A model generated the notes under the pieces. That model did not search any database, had not been told where the DNA came from, and saw only the letters and a list, made by a program, of their open reading frames with translations. Below, one piece after another: positions 1 through 9,770 of a stretch of DNA of 64,000 bases. This DNA comes from Nitrosopumilus sp. (lineage in GTDB: Archaea; Thermoproteota; Nitrososphaeria; Nitrososphaerales; Nitrosopumilaceae). Numbering within the stretch: position 1 is the first letter of the stretch; every line of letters starts with the position of its first letter. Position numbers and translations under genes: made by a program. The stretch is from assembly GCA_965249555.1 (NCBI GenBank), contig OZ252243.1:2048001-2112000 (forward strand). Direction: 5' to 3'.

Positions 1-280
1 AACAAAATATCATCTGGTTAGGTTATTTGGGGACATTGTTTCACAGCATATCTATTTTGATATTTTGGCAAATTTTTAAAACCACAACTAAAAATATTCT
101 ACTAAAATCATATTTATTGTAATGGTATCAATATTATTAAAAGCATTACGATATTTCTTGTATTAATTACTCTTTTTTGATAACGGTATTAGTTTTATTG
201 AAATGAAAAAAAATTGATGCGATTAGACAAAAAAATATGATACAAGGATCTTTTAGATCAGATAGAAATGTAGTCATAGT

Positions 281-784
281 ATGTCTACATTATTAGAAAA
301 ACAAATCAGCGTTAATCGGATTGTTACAACAAGCATAAAGCATGCACGTGCAATTGAAGACCCTGCACGAGCCAAAATTGTGGAAATTTTATACCGTCAA
401 GCACTTTCTGCAGATCAGATTACAAGTGCCCTAAAAAAGGCTGGTTACAAAAAAGCATTAACTACGGTTCGTCATCATCTAGAAATTCTTAAAAATTCCG
501 GATTAATTGAAATCGTAAAAATTGAAGAAGCAAGAGGTGCTATAAAAAAATATTATGGCACGTCAACTAAATTATTGGATTTTCAGACTCCTGAAGATTT
601 TGATTCAAAATATTCCAAGATTATTAGCAATACTTCCACCAAAATCGAAAAGATTCTCAATGGTTTAACGCCTAAAACTACCAAATCAAAGAATAAAAAA
701 TCCAAAGAATATTCTCAATATTTAGTCATGGAGATTATGAATAGAGCCATAACAAACATACTTGAAAAGCCTGGCAAAAAATAA
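281..784 (+). CDS. ArsR-like winged-helix transcriptional regulator
   Basis: DPARAKIVEIL...TTVRHHLEILKNSGLIEI wHTH signature. Confidence 0.85.
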   Translation: MSTLLEKQISVNRIVTTSIKHARAIEDPARAKIVEILYRQALSADQITSALKKAGYKKALTTVRHHLEILKNSGLIEIVKIEEARGAIKKYYGTSTKLLDFQTPEDFDSKYSKIISNTSTKIEKILNGLTPKTTKSKNKKSKEYSQYLVMEIMNRAITNILEKPGKK

Positions 785-796
785 TGATGAAAAATA

Positions 797-1201
797 TTGG
801 AAGAAAAATCTATAAAATTATTTTCTGAAAAAAATCTTGTTTTCATTGCAACAATTATGAAAGATGGGTCTCCACAAGTATCGCCTGTCTGGGCAAACTA
901 TGAAGATGGATATGTTTTGATTAATACTGCTGAAGGAAGAATAAAACACAAAAATGTTCTACGTGATCCTCGTGTTGCAGTATCAGTCGTATCAAAAGAT
1001 AATCCACTTGACATGACAACCATTCGCGGAATAGTTGAAGAATTGATTCCAGATTATGAATACAAACATGCAGATAAACTCACACAACAATACATGGGTT
1101 GTAAACACTATCCCTTCAAACGTGATGATGAAAAAAGAGTTATCCTAAAAATAAAACCAAACAAAGTTTTTGTTTTACCTGAATTAAAGATGCAAGACTA
1201 G
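797..1201 (+). CDS. PPOX-class (F420/FMN split-barrel) oxidoreductase
   Basis: ATIMKDGSPQVSPVW, KHKNVLRDPRVAVSV motifs. Confidence 0.9.
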   Translation: MEEKSIKLFSEKNLVFIATIMKDGSPQVSPVWANYEDGYVLINTAEGRIKHKNVLRDPRVAVSVVSKDNPLDMTTIRGIVEELIPDYEYKHADKLTQQYMGCKHYPFKRDDEKRVILKIKPNKVFVLPELKMQD

Positions 1202-1211
1202 TAATTTAGAA

Positions 1212-1237
1212 TGTTTCTAAACTCGAGTTTAGAAACA
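1212..1237. repeat. Perfect 26-bp intergenic palindrome TGTTTCTAAACTCGAGTTTAGAAACA
   Basis: Self-complementary; lies between convergent genes; related copies at 4741, 5378 and 5448. Confidence 0.85.
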
Positions 1238-1282
1238 AGTTTAATTATGAATAAAAAAATAGAAAAAAGTTAGTAAGACAGT

Positions 1283-1597
1283 TTAACGTTTACGTTTAGC
1301 TGCCTTTCTTTTTGGTGCTTTACGTTTAGCTGCCACTCTACGTTTTGGTGCTTTACGTTTAGCTGCCACTCTACGTTTTGGTGCTGCTCTCTTTCGAGTT
1401 GCTGCTCCACGTTTAGCTGCCACTCTACGTTTTGGTGCTGCTCTCTTTCGAGTTACTGCTCCACGTTTAGCTGCTGCCTTACGTCTACGAGAGGCTTTTG
1501 CTTTAGTAGCTGCTGCTGTTTTGGCTGCTGCGTTTCTCTTTCGAGTACGTGCTGCTTTTTTAGCTGCTGCTGCTCTTTTGGCTTTAGATATTGCCAT
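1283..1597 (-). CDS. Lys/Arg/Ala-rich histone H1-like basic protein
   Basis: Almost only K/R/A with repeated KRxAPKRRVAA units; ATG at 1597. Confidence 0.75.
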   Translation of the reverse strand: MAISKAKRAAAAKKAARTRKRNAAAKTAAATKAKASRRRKAAAKRGAVTRKRAAPKRRVAAKRGAATRKRAAPKRRVAAKRKAPKRRVAAKRKAPKRKAAKRKR

Positions 1598-1697
1598 AAC
1601 TTTTTCCAAAAGTTATGCGTGTTATATGGTACAAGTCACACATAACTACGCTATCTATAGAAAAATTTGACAATTTTTTTAATTTAAAAAAATGCGA

Positions 1698-2189
1698 TCA
1701 ACAATTTGTTATGCAAACAACAGCTGTATCCGTAGTTGATTGTTCTTTTTGTGGCCTGATAATTATTTTGTATAATTTTTCTTCATCAAATGGAATATCA
1801 AACTGTGTTGTTATCTCAATTGGTTTGTTTGGTTCTAACCATTCTATGAACAAGTCTTTAGAAGAAAATGTTTCTTCACCATAAATTGCAATATGTTTTT
1901 GTTCTTTTTCATCAACAATGTAGAATTGTCCTCCTGTAAGCAGAGTTTTTTCATCACTGACATTTTTTGCAGTGATTCCAATCATTACAAACGTGTTTTC
2001 AGGTCTTTTTTCTTCACTACCATTATGTGTTCCTTCAAATGTTATTACATATTCCACTGGTCCAACTGTAACTGTCTCTCCAGCAACTGATGAAATGTAA
2101 TTTGTTTGATATTGTGCGTACATGAACATTCCAGCACCCATTGTAGCTATTATTGCACCTATTACAATTATAGCACCCATTTTTACCAT
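1698..2189 (-). CDS. Membrane-anchored DUF4352-like Ig-fold protein
   Basis: N-terminal TM segment; FVMIGITAKN, FYIVD, WLEPNKP..FDIP pattern. Confidence 0.7.
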   Translation of the reverse strand: MVKMGAIIVIGAIIATMGAGMFMYAQYQTNYISSVAGETVTVGPVEYVITFEGTHNGSEEKRPENTFVMIGITAKNVSDEKTLLTGGQFYIVDEKEQKHIAIYGEETFSSKDLFIEWLEPNKPIEITTQFDIPFDEEKLYKIIIRPQKEQSTTDTAVVCITNC

Positions 2190-2415
2190 GAAAACACTGA
2201 ATTATTTTGGTATATAGTTGAAACGCAATTTTTGGTAAAAAAGATCACTTTATGGAAAATACTGCGATCACCAGTGTATTGTGATTATTTTGTACATACA
2301 CAGCGTTATCTTCACAAATGCCCTAGTAATATCGATCGCCCTCAAGACTTTTCATCGTTCTCTGTCTTGAGGATTGATCTTTTCTTGCGATCAAAATGAT
2401 TAATGTAATAATCTC

Positions 2416-3098
2416 ATGTTACACGATTATAATTTAAATATCCTATTTTTGGGATTTGCGTCAATAAATACAAAAACAATCATGGGAATTTCCCTAGCTA
2501 CTGTCTTTGCCATTTCTATGACAATGACTGCTGCAATGGCAGATATCCCAGGTTCTATGACTGTTGTTTCAGCATCATCCGATGGTATAACACATGTTAT
2601 GGAAGTTGAAGACAAAATCAAACAAATTCCAGCAAACAAAGCAGATGATCTAATTACATTCTGGGCTTTTGCAGGTACCTGTACCGGATGATGCTCCTGT
2701 AGGAACTGCGCTTACTGTAGATGCGATTACTATCCATCACTCAGTAAATGATCATCAAGCATTTGGAAAAGCTGCACAATCTTCACCAGTACAAAGTCTC
2801 CATCCTCATCAAGCACATTTTGATGCAAGCTTTTGTATCGTTGGATTAGAAAGTCCAAAAGCAGATTTTAAAGTACAACACAAAACTGTTACTTTAGAAG
2901 CTTCTGATACTGCAATTGCAATAGCTACTGGAACTATCGGTACTCGTGTTGATTGTACTGACTCTCCAACAACTTTGGGAATTACTAGTCTAGTAACCAT
3001 ATAGGGGATTGTGGATCCCCGGACAGGGGTTCGATTCTCCAACAACTTTGGGAATTACTAGTCTAGTAACACCACCAACTGGATTACCAATTCCATAG
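2416..3098 (+). pseudogene. Secreted protein, frameshifted near 2674 and interrupted at its 3' end
   Basis: ORFs 2416-2691 and 2669-3004 join if one G is removed; the likely original C-terminus (TPPTGLPIP*) follows a 35-bp duplication. Confidence 0.65.
3001..3040 (+). other. tRNA-His(GTG)-like fragment (anticodon arm plus T arm) between 35-bp direct repeats at 2963-2997 and 3036-3070
   Basis: GGGGA-TTGTGGA-TCCCC stem-loop followed by GGGG-TTCGATT-CTCC; no acceptor stem. Confidence 0.7.
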
Positions 3099-3684
3099 GA
3101 AGATTTTCTTTCTTTTTCTTTATTTTTTGATCAAAATTTAGGGGGTTTAGCTTTTACGCACAACAATAAAAGATCATACATGTTTAGCTGGGAGATCATG
3201 GTGGTTTGATGATTGCATTTCATATCTAGGCACAAGTGTTCATCCCCCCCTCAAAATGGCTAATTTTGAAAAAATGGTATTGTACCTACATGAACTAAAT
3301 TTCAAGAGGGGTTTAACGTTTAGGTATGATTTTAGAAAACTTGTCATTTTAGGAAATTTTCTAACAATGGAGTAATCCAATTCATTATTTGTGAAAATAA
3401 ATTTGATGAGACTGAAATTCTTCAAAAAAACCATTCACAGACTTGAATGATTCATTCATAGACGTTTCATTAATCTGTAAAAATAAATTTCTAACATTTT
3501 ATTTTTAGATGAATTCTAATTTTACACTCTGCATGTGCATTTGGACACACAATCTATGTGGAATAGGGGGGGGGCTTTTTGGAAAAAATATCACTAATTC
3601 TGAATATTTACAAGATTTTCAAAATGAATATACGTCTTCATTCACCATGTGATGTCACATCACATGTAAATTCAGTCTAATGGA

Positions 3685-3906
3685 TTATGGTTCAAGCTGG
3701 TCTGGTGGATTATAGCCAAGCTGGTCAACAACTTGTTTTTCAGCTTCATCTGCTAGGTTTGAAATTACTTCATTTCCCCAATCCTGTAACATTACATTTT
3801 GTGCTCCTTGATACACCATAGCAAAGAGCAAATCCATAAACTCAATGATTATACTTGGATCTAAACTGAACAATAACTCCAAACCCATAAGTTTTTTGAC
3901 CCACAT
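3685..3906 (-). CDS. Hypothetical protein
   Basis: 73-aa ORF only. Confidence 0.45.
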   Translation of the reverse strand: MWVKKLMGLELLFSLDPSIIIEFMDLLFAMVYQGAQNVMLQDWGNEVISNLADEAEKQVVDQLGYNPPDQLEP

Positions 3907-4010
3907 TTTGTATTAACCGATTGTATGTATAATATTGAAATTACATACATTTGACAAGTTTTTAGATAAAAAATGAGGGTAAACCCTCTACGAAATGATA
4001 GATTTGGACT

Positions 4011-4163
4011 CTATTCTCTTTCTATTTTAATGGTAATTCTGCCTTTTTTGGCAGTATTTACCACTTTGAGAGCTTTATCCAACACTCCCATACCAAATCT
4101 TGACAGCTCTGCTGAAGAAATAGTTAATTCTCTTGGTTTTGATTTTAAGGTTTTTGTTTTCAT
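4011..4163 (-). CDS. Small basic protein, possibly AbrB-like
   Basis: 50-aa ORF MKTKTLKSKPRELTISSAELSRFGMG...KGRITIKIERE read manually. Confidence 0.6.
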   Translation of the reverse strand: MKTKTLKSKPRELTISSAELSRFGMGVLDKALKVVNTAKKGRITIKIERE

Positions 4164-4225
4164 AATTTAGAATAGAAAGTTTTGGATATAAGACACACAC
4201 GTAGAACTGATAAATCATCTATTTT

Positions 4226-4675
4226 TTAGAATGTCTTCATCAAAAATCTTGCAGTTTTTTCATGCATTTCAGATACTCTGTCCATTGCATCAAAAACTGT
4301 CTGTTGGTTGATGTTTTCTTTATCATCTAATACAAAATAAACCCCAATCTTTTGTTTGCCATCTTCAGTGATAATTTTGTTAATGGCATGAATTGAATTG
4401 CAAAAGTCAGCTACTTTTTTTGCAAATTTTTCTTTTTCTTCTTCATTAAATCCTAAATATCTTGCAATTTGGTTATTTTTCATTATTGCTTTTGCTCCTA
4501 CTACTATGACCCCTGATTGTGCTTTTGGTTCAAATATTTCCACAGGAATTCCGTATTGACCTGCATGTTTTACTAGAATTTGAAAAGAGTTTTCCGGATT
4601 TTCCACTTCTTCAAAAGAAAGGCCTTCATGAATTAACCATCTTTCAATATTGTCTCGCATTCTTGATACACTCAT
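4226..4675 (-). CDS. DUF2299-like conserved archaeal protein
   Basis: IERWLIHEGL N-terminus; probable start MSVSRMRD. Confidence 0.7.
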   Translation of the reverse strand: MSVSRMRDNIERWLIHEGLSFEEVENPENSFQILVKHAGQYGIPVEIFEPKAQSGVIVVGAKAIMKNNQIARYLGFNEEEKEKFAKKVADFCNSIHAINKIITEDGKQKIGVYFVLDDKENINQQTVFDAMDRVSEMHEKTARFLMKTF

Positions 4676-4740
4676 AATAACACCTACAAAACAAGTTCTA
4701 TATGATTCTAAATTCAAATGACTACTAGTCTCAATTTATG

Positions 4741-4768
4741 ATATTTCTAAATTCGAATTTAGAAATAT
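4741..4768. repeat. Perfect 28-bp palindrome ATATTTCTAAATTCGAATTTAGAAATAT
   Basis: Self-complementary; same family as 1212-1237. Confidence 0.85.
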
Positions 4769-4801
4769 TGAAAATCTATACCTGAAGAGCATCTTACAAT
4801 T

Positions 4802-5029
4802 CTAGATGTTTACATTAAGTCCTGAATCTAATCCAGGAATTGATGCTGCAATGAAAATATTGAAAATAATTCCAATCACCATAAATGCTAAACCTAGATA
4901 CAAACAATTTTTTGCTTTACGTGGATCATCATGACGTAAAATAAAAAATGCGATAATTCCTCCAATGACTCCAAATAATATTGGTAACAAAAACCATGCA
5001 TTACTTCTTCGTTTTTCTGGATATGACAT
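4802..5029 (-). CDS. Small two-TM membrane protein
   Basis: Two hydrophobic segments around DDPRKAKNCL. Confidence 0.75.
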   Translation of the reverse strand: MSYPEKRRSNAWFLLPILFGVIGGIIAFFILRHDDPRKAKNCLYLGLAFMVIGIIFNIFIAASIPGLDSGLNVNI

Positions 5030-5041
5030 AATTCTTCACAA

Positions 5042-5290
5042 TTATTTTGCAGTTACTGTTTTTTTATGTAACTGTGTGATCTCTATTTCTACTGTTTCTA
5101 ATGGATCTTCAACTTGATTACGTCTAATTGAGAACATTTTTGGTTTTTCAAAATCGTCAGTACAATCAGGGCATGCATAAACTAACACTCTATGTTCATT
5201 TGGTGCCTTTGGGTTAGATAATCTAGGATAGTATACTAGTCTTGCACCACAGTCAACACAATATCTGTTGGCTCTTCTAGTTCTGACCAA
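5042..5290 (-). CDS. Zn-ribbon protein
   Basis: CVDC...CPDC. Confidence 0.75.
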   Translation of the reverse strand: MVRTRRANRYCVDCGARLVYYPRLSNPKAPNEHRVLVYACPDCTDDFEKPKMFSIRRNQVEDPLETVEIEITQLHKKTVTAK

Positions 5291-5377
5291 TGTAAAACTC
5301 CTGCATTATTCTAGATATGCGATCATCTATTAGATCTATATTGTCTAATAGAGTAAACCAATTACTATCAACCGATC

Positions 5378-5475
5378 AATATTTCAAAATTCGAGTTTAG
5401 AAACATAAATTATTCTATATGTAGATTTATCACAGGTGTTCTAAAAGAATATTTCAAAATTCGAGTTTAGAAACA
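5378..5475. repeat. Two identical 28-bp imperfect palindromes AATATTTCAAAATTCGAGTTTAGAAACA at a 70-bp period
   Basis: Copies at 5378-5405 and 5448-5475, just 3' of tRNA-Asn. Confidence 0.8.
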
Positions 5476-5480
5476 AGAGG

Positions 5481-5554
5481 CGCCGCCCATCAGACTTGAA
5501 CTGACGACCATCCGATTAACAGTCGGACGCTCTACCACGCTGAGCTAGGGCGGC
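5481..5554 (-). tRNA. tRNA-Asn(GTT)
   Basis: Full cloverleaf GCCGCCC...GGGCGGCG; anticodon loop CTGTTAA; T loop GTTCAAG. Confidence 0.97.
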
Positions 5555-5626
5555 AACACGTTTGTACCTTGGTAAAAGTGATTTAATCTTTACGACTATT
5601 GAAATTAGACTTACTCTAATGTTAGA

Positions 5627-5914
5627 TTAGTTAAATTTAGAAAAAAATTCTTTGATTTCATTTGAATGGTTTTCTACTAATTTTATAATTTCTAAATGTT
5701 CATCAGCTGTTGGTTCTCTATGATGAACAATCTGAAATGCACCAAGTGCAGAACCTACCATCTCTCCGACAAAAAATCCACACAAAAAATCACCAATACT
5801 TGCACAGTCCCATATTTCCCCAACTCTGGGTGAAGCTCCTGATGTTTTGTATAATTCTAATGTTTGTTCAATTAAATCTGTTGTTTGTTTTGCAAATTCA
5901 GGATCAAGAGTCAT
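5627..5914 (-). CDS. Conserved hypothetical protein
   Basis: Co-oriented ORF directly after the ribosomal protein cluster. Confidence 0.75.
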   Translation of the reverse strand: MTLDPEFAKQTTDLIEQTLELYKTSGASPRVGEIWDCASIGDFLCGFFVGEMVGSALGAFQIVHHREPTADEHLEIIKLVENHSNEIKEFFSKFN

Positions 5915-5930
5915 AAGAAAAATTAGAAAT

Positions 5931-6488
5931 CTATTTTTCTATACCTTTTTTTGTATCATAGATGTAAACACCATCTAAGAAAACTCTGTGGTCTTTGTTT
6001 TTTACTCTAGTTTTTAACTCAATGTTTGCAGCAGTTTGAGTAATATCTGTCCAAACTTCTCCAGTAAGAATTACATCTTCACCTTTAGGAATCACTTTGG
6101 TGTTTCCAACAATTTTTGTAATTCTTGGTGCACGTTCGCCTTGGAAGTTTTCAATTAAAATTTTCTTACCATCTACTTTTACTGTAATTGGAAAGTGTGC
6201 AAAGACAATTTTCATCTTAATTGTATATCCTTTTACTAATCCTTCACAAATATTTCTGATAAGTGATCTTGCAGTATGTAAAATTGAATAATCTCTTTTT
6301 CTAAAACCTGTTGCCTTTAGGAGAACTTTACCTTCTACAATTTCTATTTTTACTGGAATGCTACGAAAACTTTTGTAAGTTTTACCTAATGGTCCTACGA
6401 ATTCTAACATGTTTTTATTTTGTGTAATTTTAACTCCTTCTGGAATAATTACTTCCTCTTGAAATTTTTCAACTTGATTAGTAGACAT
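5931..6488 (-). CDS. rpl6: 50S ribosomal protein L6
   Basis: AHFPITV, NFQGER, KDHRVFLDGVY. Confidence 0.97.
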   Translation of the reverse strand: MSTNQVEKFQEEVIIPEGVKITQNKNMLEFVGPLGKTYKSFRSIPVKIEIVEGKVLLKATGFRKRDYSILHTARSLIRNICEGLVKGYTIKMKIVFAHFPITVKVDGKKILIENFQGERAPRITKIVGNTKVIPKGEDVILTGEVWTDITQTAANIELKTRVKNKDHRVFLDGVYIYDTKKGIEK

Positions 6489-6870
6489 AACCTATCAAAA
6501 ATCCTCCAATTCCTTTTTGTATTGCTTCATGATGAGACATTACCCCTTGATTTGTAGTAACTAGAAGCATTCCTCTATTGTATGCAGGTAAGTACTGTTG
6601 TTCCCAACTGTTAAATTCATCATTTTTTACTTTGAATCTTGGGGAAATTGCTCCACATTTTGTTATTTTTGCTAATAGATTGATTTTGAATTTTCCTCCT
6701 CTTTTGTCATCAATATGTTCAAATTCTCCAACATACCCTTCTTTTTGGAGTGTCTTCAGAACTTCAATTCCTAGTTTTGAGGTTGGAAGAACTATGCATT
6801 TGATATTTCTTCGTGCTTCATTATTGTATATTGTTACAAATAGATTTGCTAAAATGTTCGTTGCTGGCAT
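6478..6870 (-). CDS. rps8: 30S ribosomal protein S8
   Basis: CGAISPRF, TTNQGVMSH, GGFLIGYVY. Confidence 0.97.
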   Translation of the reverse strand: MPATNILANLFVTIYNNEARRNIKCIVLPTSKLGIEVLKTLQKEGYVGEFEHIDDKRGGKFKINLLAKITKCGAISPRFKVKNDEFNSWEQQYLPAYNRGMLLVTTNQGVMSHHEAIQKGIGGFLIGYVY

Positions 6871-6874
6871 AATA

Positions 6875-7054
6875 TCACATATTTTTCCTAAATCCTAAAG
6901 ATACTGCCACTTCTCTGAAACATCGTCTGCATAGCATCAAGTCGTATTTCTGTATAACTGCTGTGTAATCTCCACATCTTTTACACCATCTTGAACCTCT
7001 ACCAAAGTCATGTTTTTTTCTTCCAGTAAATTCGTATGATCTATCTTTTGGCAT
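6875..7054 (-). CDS. rps14: 30S ribosomal protein S14
   Basis: 59-aa ORF read manually: GRGSRWCKRCG...LCRRCFRE; canonical position. Confidence 0.95.
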   Translation of the reverse strand: MPKDRSYEFTGRKKHDFGRGSRWCKRCGDYTAVIQKYDLMLCRRCFREVAVSLGFRKNM

Positions 7055-7575
7055 TATTCTACCGTGACTCCATATTCTTTTACTAGATAATCCTTTGCTT
7101 CTTGACTTGTTATAACATGCGATTTTCCAACGCTTGCTTTGTGTTTGCTTCTTTTTCTTATACTGTAACCTGGTCTAGACAATGTAATTGAAATTCCAAG
7201 ACCTAAAATTCCAATTTGTGGTTCGTATTTTACTCCTGGAATGTCTATGTGCTCATTAATTCCAAATGAATAGTTTCCAAAGTTATCAAATGATTTACCC
7301 TTAATTACGTCTCCTTTAGCTTCTAACAATCTTTTTAGTAATGCTTTAGCATCTTCACCGCGAACTGTTACTGACACTCCTATTGGTTCTCCTTTTCTAA
7401 TTCCCCAATCTCTTTGTGTTTCTTTTGCAGCACGTTCAGATGGTTTTTTTCCTGAAATTTGATTAAGTGCTTTCTTTGCAATTTCAATCACATCTCCTGA
7501 CTTGCCTATTCCCATGTTTAGAACTATTTTCTCTAAAGAAATTTTTTTCATTGGGGTTTCTGTTGTTTGAGACAT
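7054..7575 (-). CDS. rpl5: 50S ribosomal protein L5
   Basis: WGIRKGEPIG, FDNFGNYSFGINEHIDIPG. Confidence 0.97.
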   Translation of the reverse strand: MSQTTETPMKKISLEKIVLNMGIGKSGDVIEIAKKALNQISGKKPSERAAKETQRDWGIRKGEPIGVSVTVRGEDAKALLKRLLEAKGDVIKGKSFDNFGNYSFGINEHIDIPGVKYEPQIGILGLGISITLSRPGYSIRKRSKHKASVGKSHVITSQEAKDYLVKEYGVTVE

Positions 7576-7579
7576 ATGA

Positions 7580-8296
7580 TCACTTTATTTGAATTATTGG
7601 TTCCTCTTTTCCTATTGCTATTACGATGTCAGTTGGGACCTCAATCTTTCTATCACCTAAAGCAAGAATTACTCTTTTTGGAAGAATGAATGTTCCTTTT
7701 TCTATAGATTCAATTTTACCTATTTGACCTGCATTAGTTCCACGTATTACCAAACATTGACAACCTGCTTCTAATTTTATTACTTCAAGAATTTTTTGAT
7801 CTGGTATTTGTATCAAACAAGTATCTCCAATATTCACTTTAATATCTGAAATCGTTGAACGTCCATCACCAAATCCTATTTGCAATTTTCCTTTGTTAAT
7901 TGTAGTTTTACTGGATACTCTAACAATTTTTTTTGATTTTTCTGACTCTTTAATCTTAATTGGCTTTAGTAATTTTTCTTCTGATGGAACTAGACGATAA
8001 ATATCTGGAACATTTTCTAATTCTATCACATCCATTAATCCAATTGCATGGTGAAGTGATTTTCTTACAACTCCGTCAATTTTTACTTTACCTGAATATA
8101 TTGCAGTTTTTGCCTCTCTAAGACTGGCAACAATTTTTAGCGTATCTCTTAGAAACACTGCAGTAGGTATGGAATAACTCTTTTTGTGTGGGCCTGGTCT
8201 CACTGTGATTACAAATCTCTTATTCTTTCTGGTAATTCCCCAGAACTGCGGAGCCATTTGACGTTTGAGTTTTTTACTTCCTGCAATACTTACCAT
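7580..8296 (-). CDS. rps4e: 30S ribosomal protein S4e
   Basis: LKRQMAP, PGPH, KIDGVVR, IGLMDVI. Confidence 0.97.
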   Translation of the reverse strand: MVSIAGSKKLKRQMAPQFWGITRKNKRFVITVRPGPHKKSYSIPTAVFLRDTLKIVASLREAKTAIYSGKVKIDGVVRKSLHHAIGLMDVIELENVPDIYRLVPSEEKLLKPIKIKESEKSKKIVRVSSKTTINKGKLQIGFGDGRSTISDIKVNIGDTCLIQIPDQKILEVIKLEAGCQCLVIRGTNAGQIGKIESIEKGTFILPKRVILALGDRKIEVPTDIVIAIGKEEPIIQIK

Positions 8297-8757
8297 TAAC
8301 TATCATCTTCCTTTTTTTTGGTTTTTTCTACCTCTTTTGTTTCTTTAGGAACCTCTTTTGTTTCTTTAGGAACCTCTTTTGTAGGTGTTTTTTTGGGCTG
8401 TTTTTTAGGATCTTTACCTTCAAGCTTTGCAATTCTCCATCTATTTTCAGTATTGAGTGAAGTTACTACAAGATTTGAGGTGTGGATGTAAACATCAAAT
8501 TTATCCCCTTTTGTTTTTTCTTTCTTTATTCCTTCAATGGTTACACTATTTTTTTGTGGAGATATTTTTCCAATTTTACCATCTACTCCTTTAAATTCAC
8601 CTCTTACAATTTTCACACTGTCTCCTTCATTAACACGAACACTTCGTTTTCCATATTTTTTGTGGAGATCTTTTGATAATGCACTTCCAAGTTGTTTACT
8701 TCTTGTTTGGAATGTTGCTTGATAAATCATCTTATTGCGCATTTTAGTTGGTTTCAT
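8296..8757 (-). CDS. rpl24: 50S ribosomal protein L24, with KEVPKET repeats in its tail
   Basis: KOW motif [13 protein letters not shown]. Confidence 0.96.
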   Translation of the reverse strand: MKPTKMRNKMIYQATFQTRSKQLGSALSKDLHKKYGKRSVRVNEGDSVKIVRGEFKGVDGKIGKISPQKNSVTIEGIKKEKTKGDKFDVYIHTSNLVVTSLNTENRWRIAKLEGKDPKKQPKKTPTKEVPKETKEVPKETKEVEKTKKKEDDS

Positions 8758-8761
8758 TTTT

Positions 8762-9184
8762 TTATACCACCATTGATGCCAAGTTAGCTACTCTTGGCCA
8801 TTTTTCTGAAGCTTCAGCTGCAACTGGTCCTTTGATGTCTGTTCCTCGTGTTTCTCCTTCTGGAGTAATTAGAACTGCTGCATTATCTTCAAAACAAACT
8901 CTAACACCGTTTAATCTTCTAACTGCATATTTTTGTCTAACAATTACTGCACCATGTACTTGTTTTCTTAATTCTGCAGGTCCTTTCTTTACTACTACAT
9001 TACAAAAATCACCTACTGCTGCTGCAGGAAGTCTTGATGCTCTTGTTTTGTGTCTTGGTACATTGATTATTTCTAAAATTTTAGCGCCAGAATTATCAGC
9101 ACACACAATTTGTGCGCCAACTGGAATTACTCTTGTAACATATGGGCGAAATTCTTCTACTCCTTTACCTGCTTGTTTTGCCAT
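8762..9184 (-). CDS. rpl14: 50S ribosomal protein L14
   Basis: [21 protein letters not shown]. Confidence 0.98.
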   Translation of the reverse strand: MAKQAGKGVEEFRPYVTRVIPVGAQIVCADNSGAKILEIINVPRHKTRASRLPAAAVGDFCNVVVKKGPAELRKQVHGAVIVRQKYAVRRLNGVRVCFEDNAAVLITPEGETRGTDIKGPVAAEASEKWPRVANLASMVV

Positions 9185-9507
9185 TATGATCTAACCTCTA
9201 CTACTACATATGATATTGATTTTGATATTGGTCTGCATTCTGCAGTCAACACATCATCTCCAAATTCAACATCAATACAACCTGGAACGTGTGCATGAAT
9301 TGTACTTTTACCCCTTGCATATCTCTTAAATTTACTAAAGTAAACCGGTGCATCTTTTTGTAGCGTAATTGTCTGTTTTGCTTTACTACCTGTTACCTTC
9401 CCATCAAAGAGTTTTCCTCTTACTGACAAGTTTCCGTGGAATGGACAATTTTTGTCTGTACATTCTCTTTTTGGTTCTTTTACTTTTAATCCAATGTTTA
9501 GAGTCAT
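9184..9507 (-). CDS. rps17: 30S ribosomal protein S17
   Basis: DKNCPFHG, ECRPISK. Confidence 0.97.
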   Translation of the reverse strand: MTLNIGLKVKEPKRECTDKNCPFHGNLSVRGKLFDGKVTGSKAKQTITLQKDAPVYFSKFKRYARGKSTIHAHVPGCIDVEFGDDVLTAECRPISKSISYVVVEVRS

Positions 9508-9770
9508 GCTTTTCCTCCTATTCTGTCAAATGGTCTTTTTGCAATTTTAGAACCATCTATTATCGTGTCTTTCCCATCAATTGAGAATTTCCAACTATTT
9601 TTTGATTTGGCAATAGATTTTGTTCCCTTCTTTGTGTTTATTCTAAACATTGATTTTGTTTCATCAATAATACTCCCATTTAATCCTATAATTTGTGGAT
9701 TAGATGATTGAATAATCTCAGTATGTAATCCAACGAATTCATGTGATGTAATGTTGTCTATTGTGATCAT
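9504..9770 (-). CDS. rnp1: RNase P protein subunit p29 (Rpp29)
   Basis: HEFVGL, GLNGSIIDETK; canonical position. Confidence 0.93.
   Translation of the reverse strand: MITIDNITSHEFVGLHTEIIQSSNPQIIGLNGSIIDETKSMFRINTKKGTKSIAKSKNSWKFSIDGKDTIIDGSKIAKRPFDRIGGKA

Noticed and set aside
3001-3040. Functional tRNA-His gene
   Set aside because: No acceptor stem or complete D arm; kept only as a fragment
5378-5475. Two 28-bp repeats with a 42-bp spacer as a CRISPR mini-array
   Set aside because: Only two units, no cas genes in the window, and related motifs occur singly elsewhere
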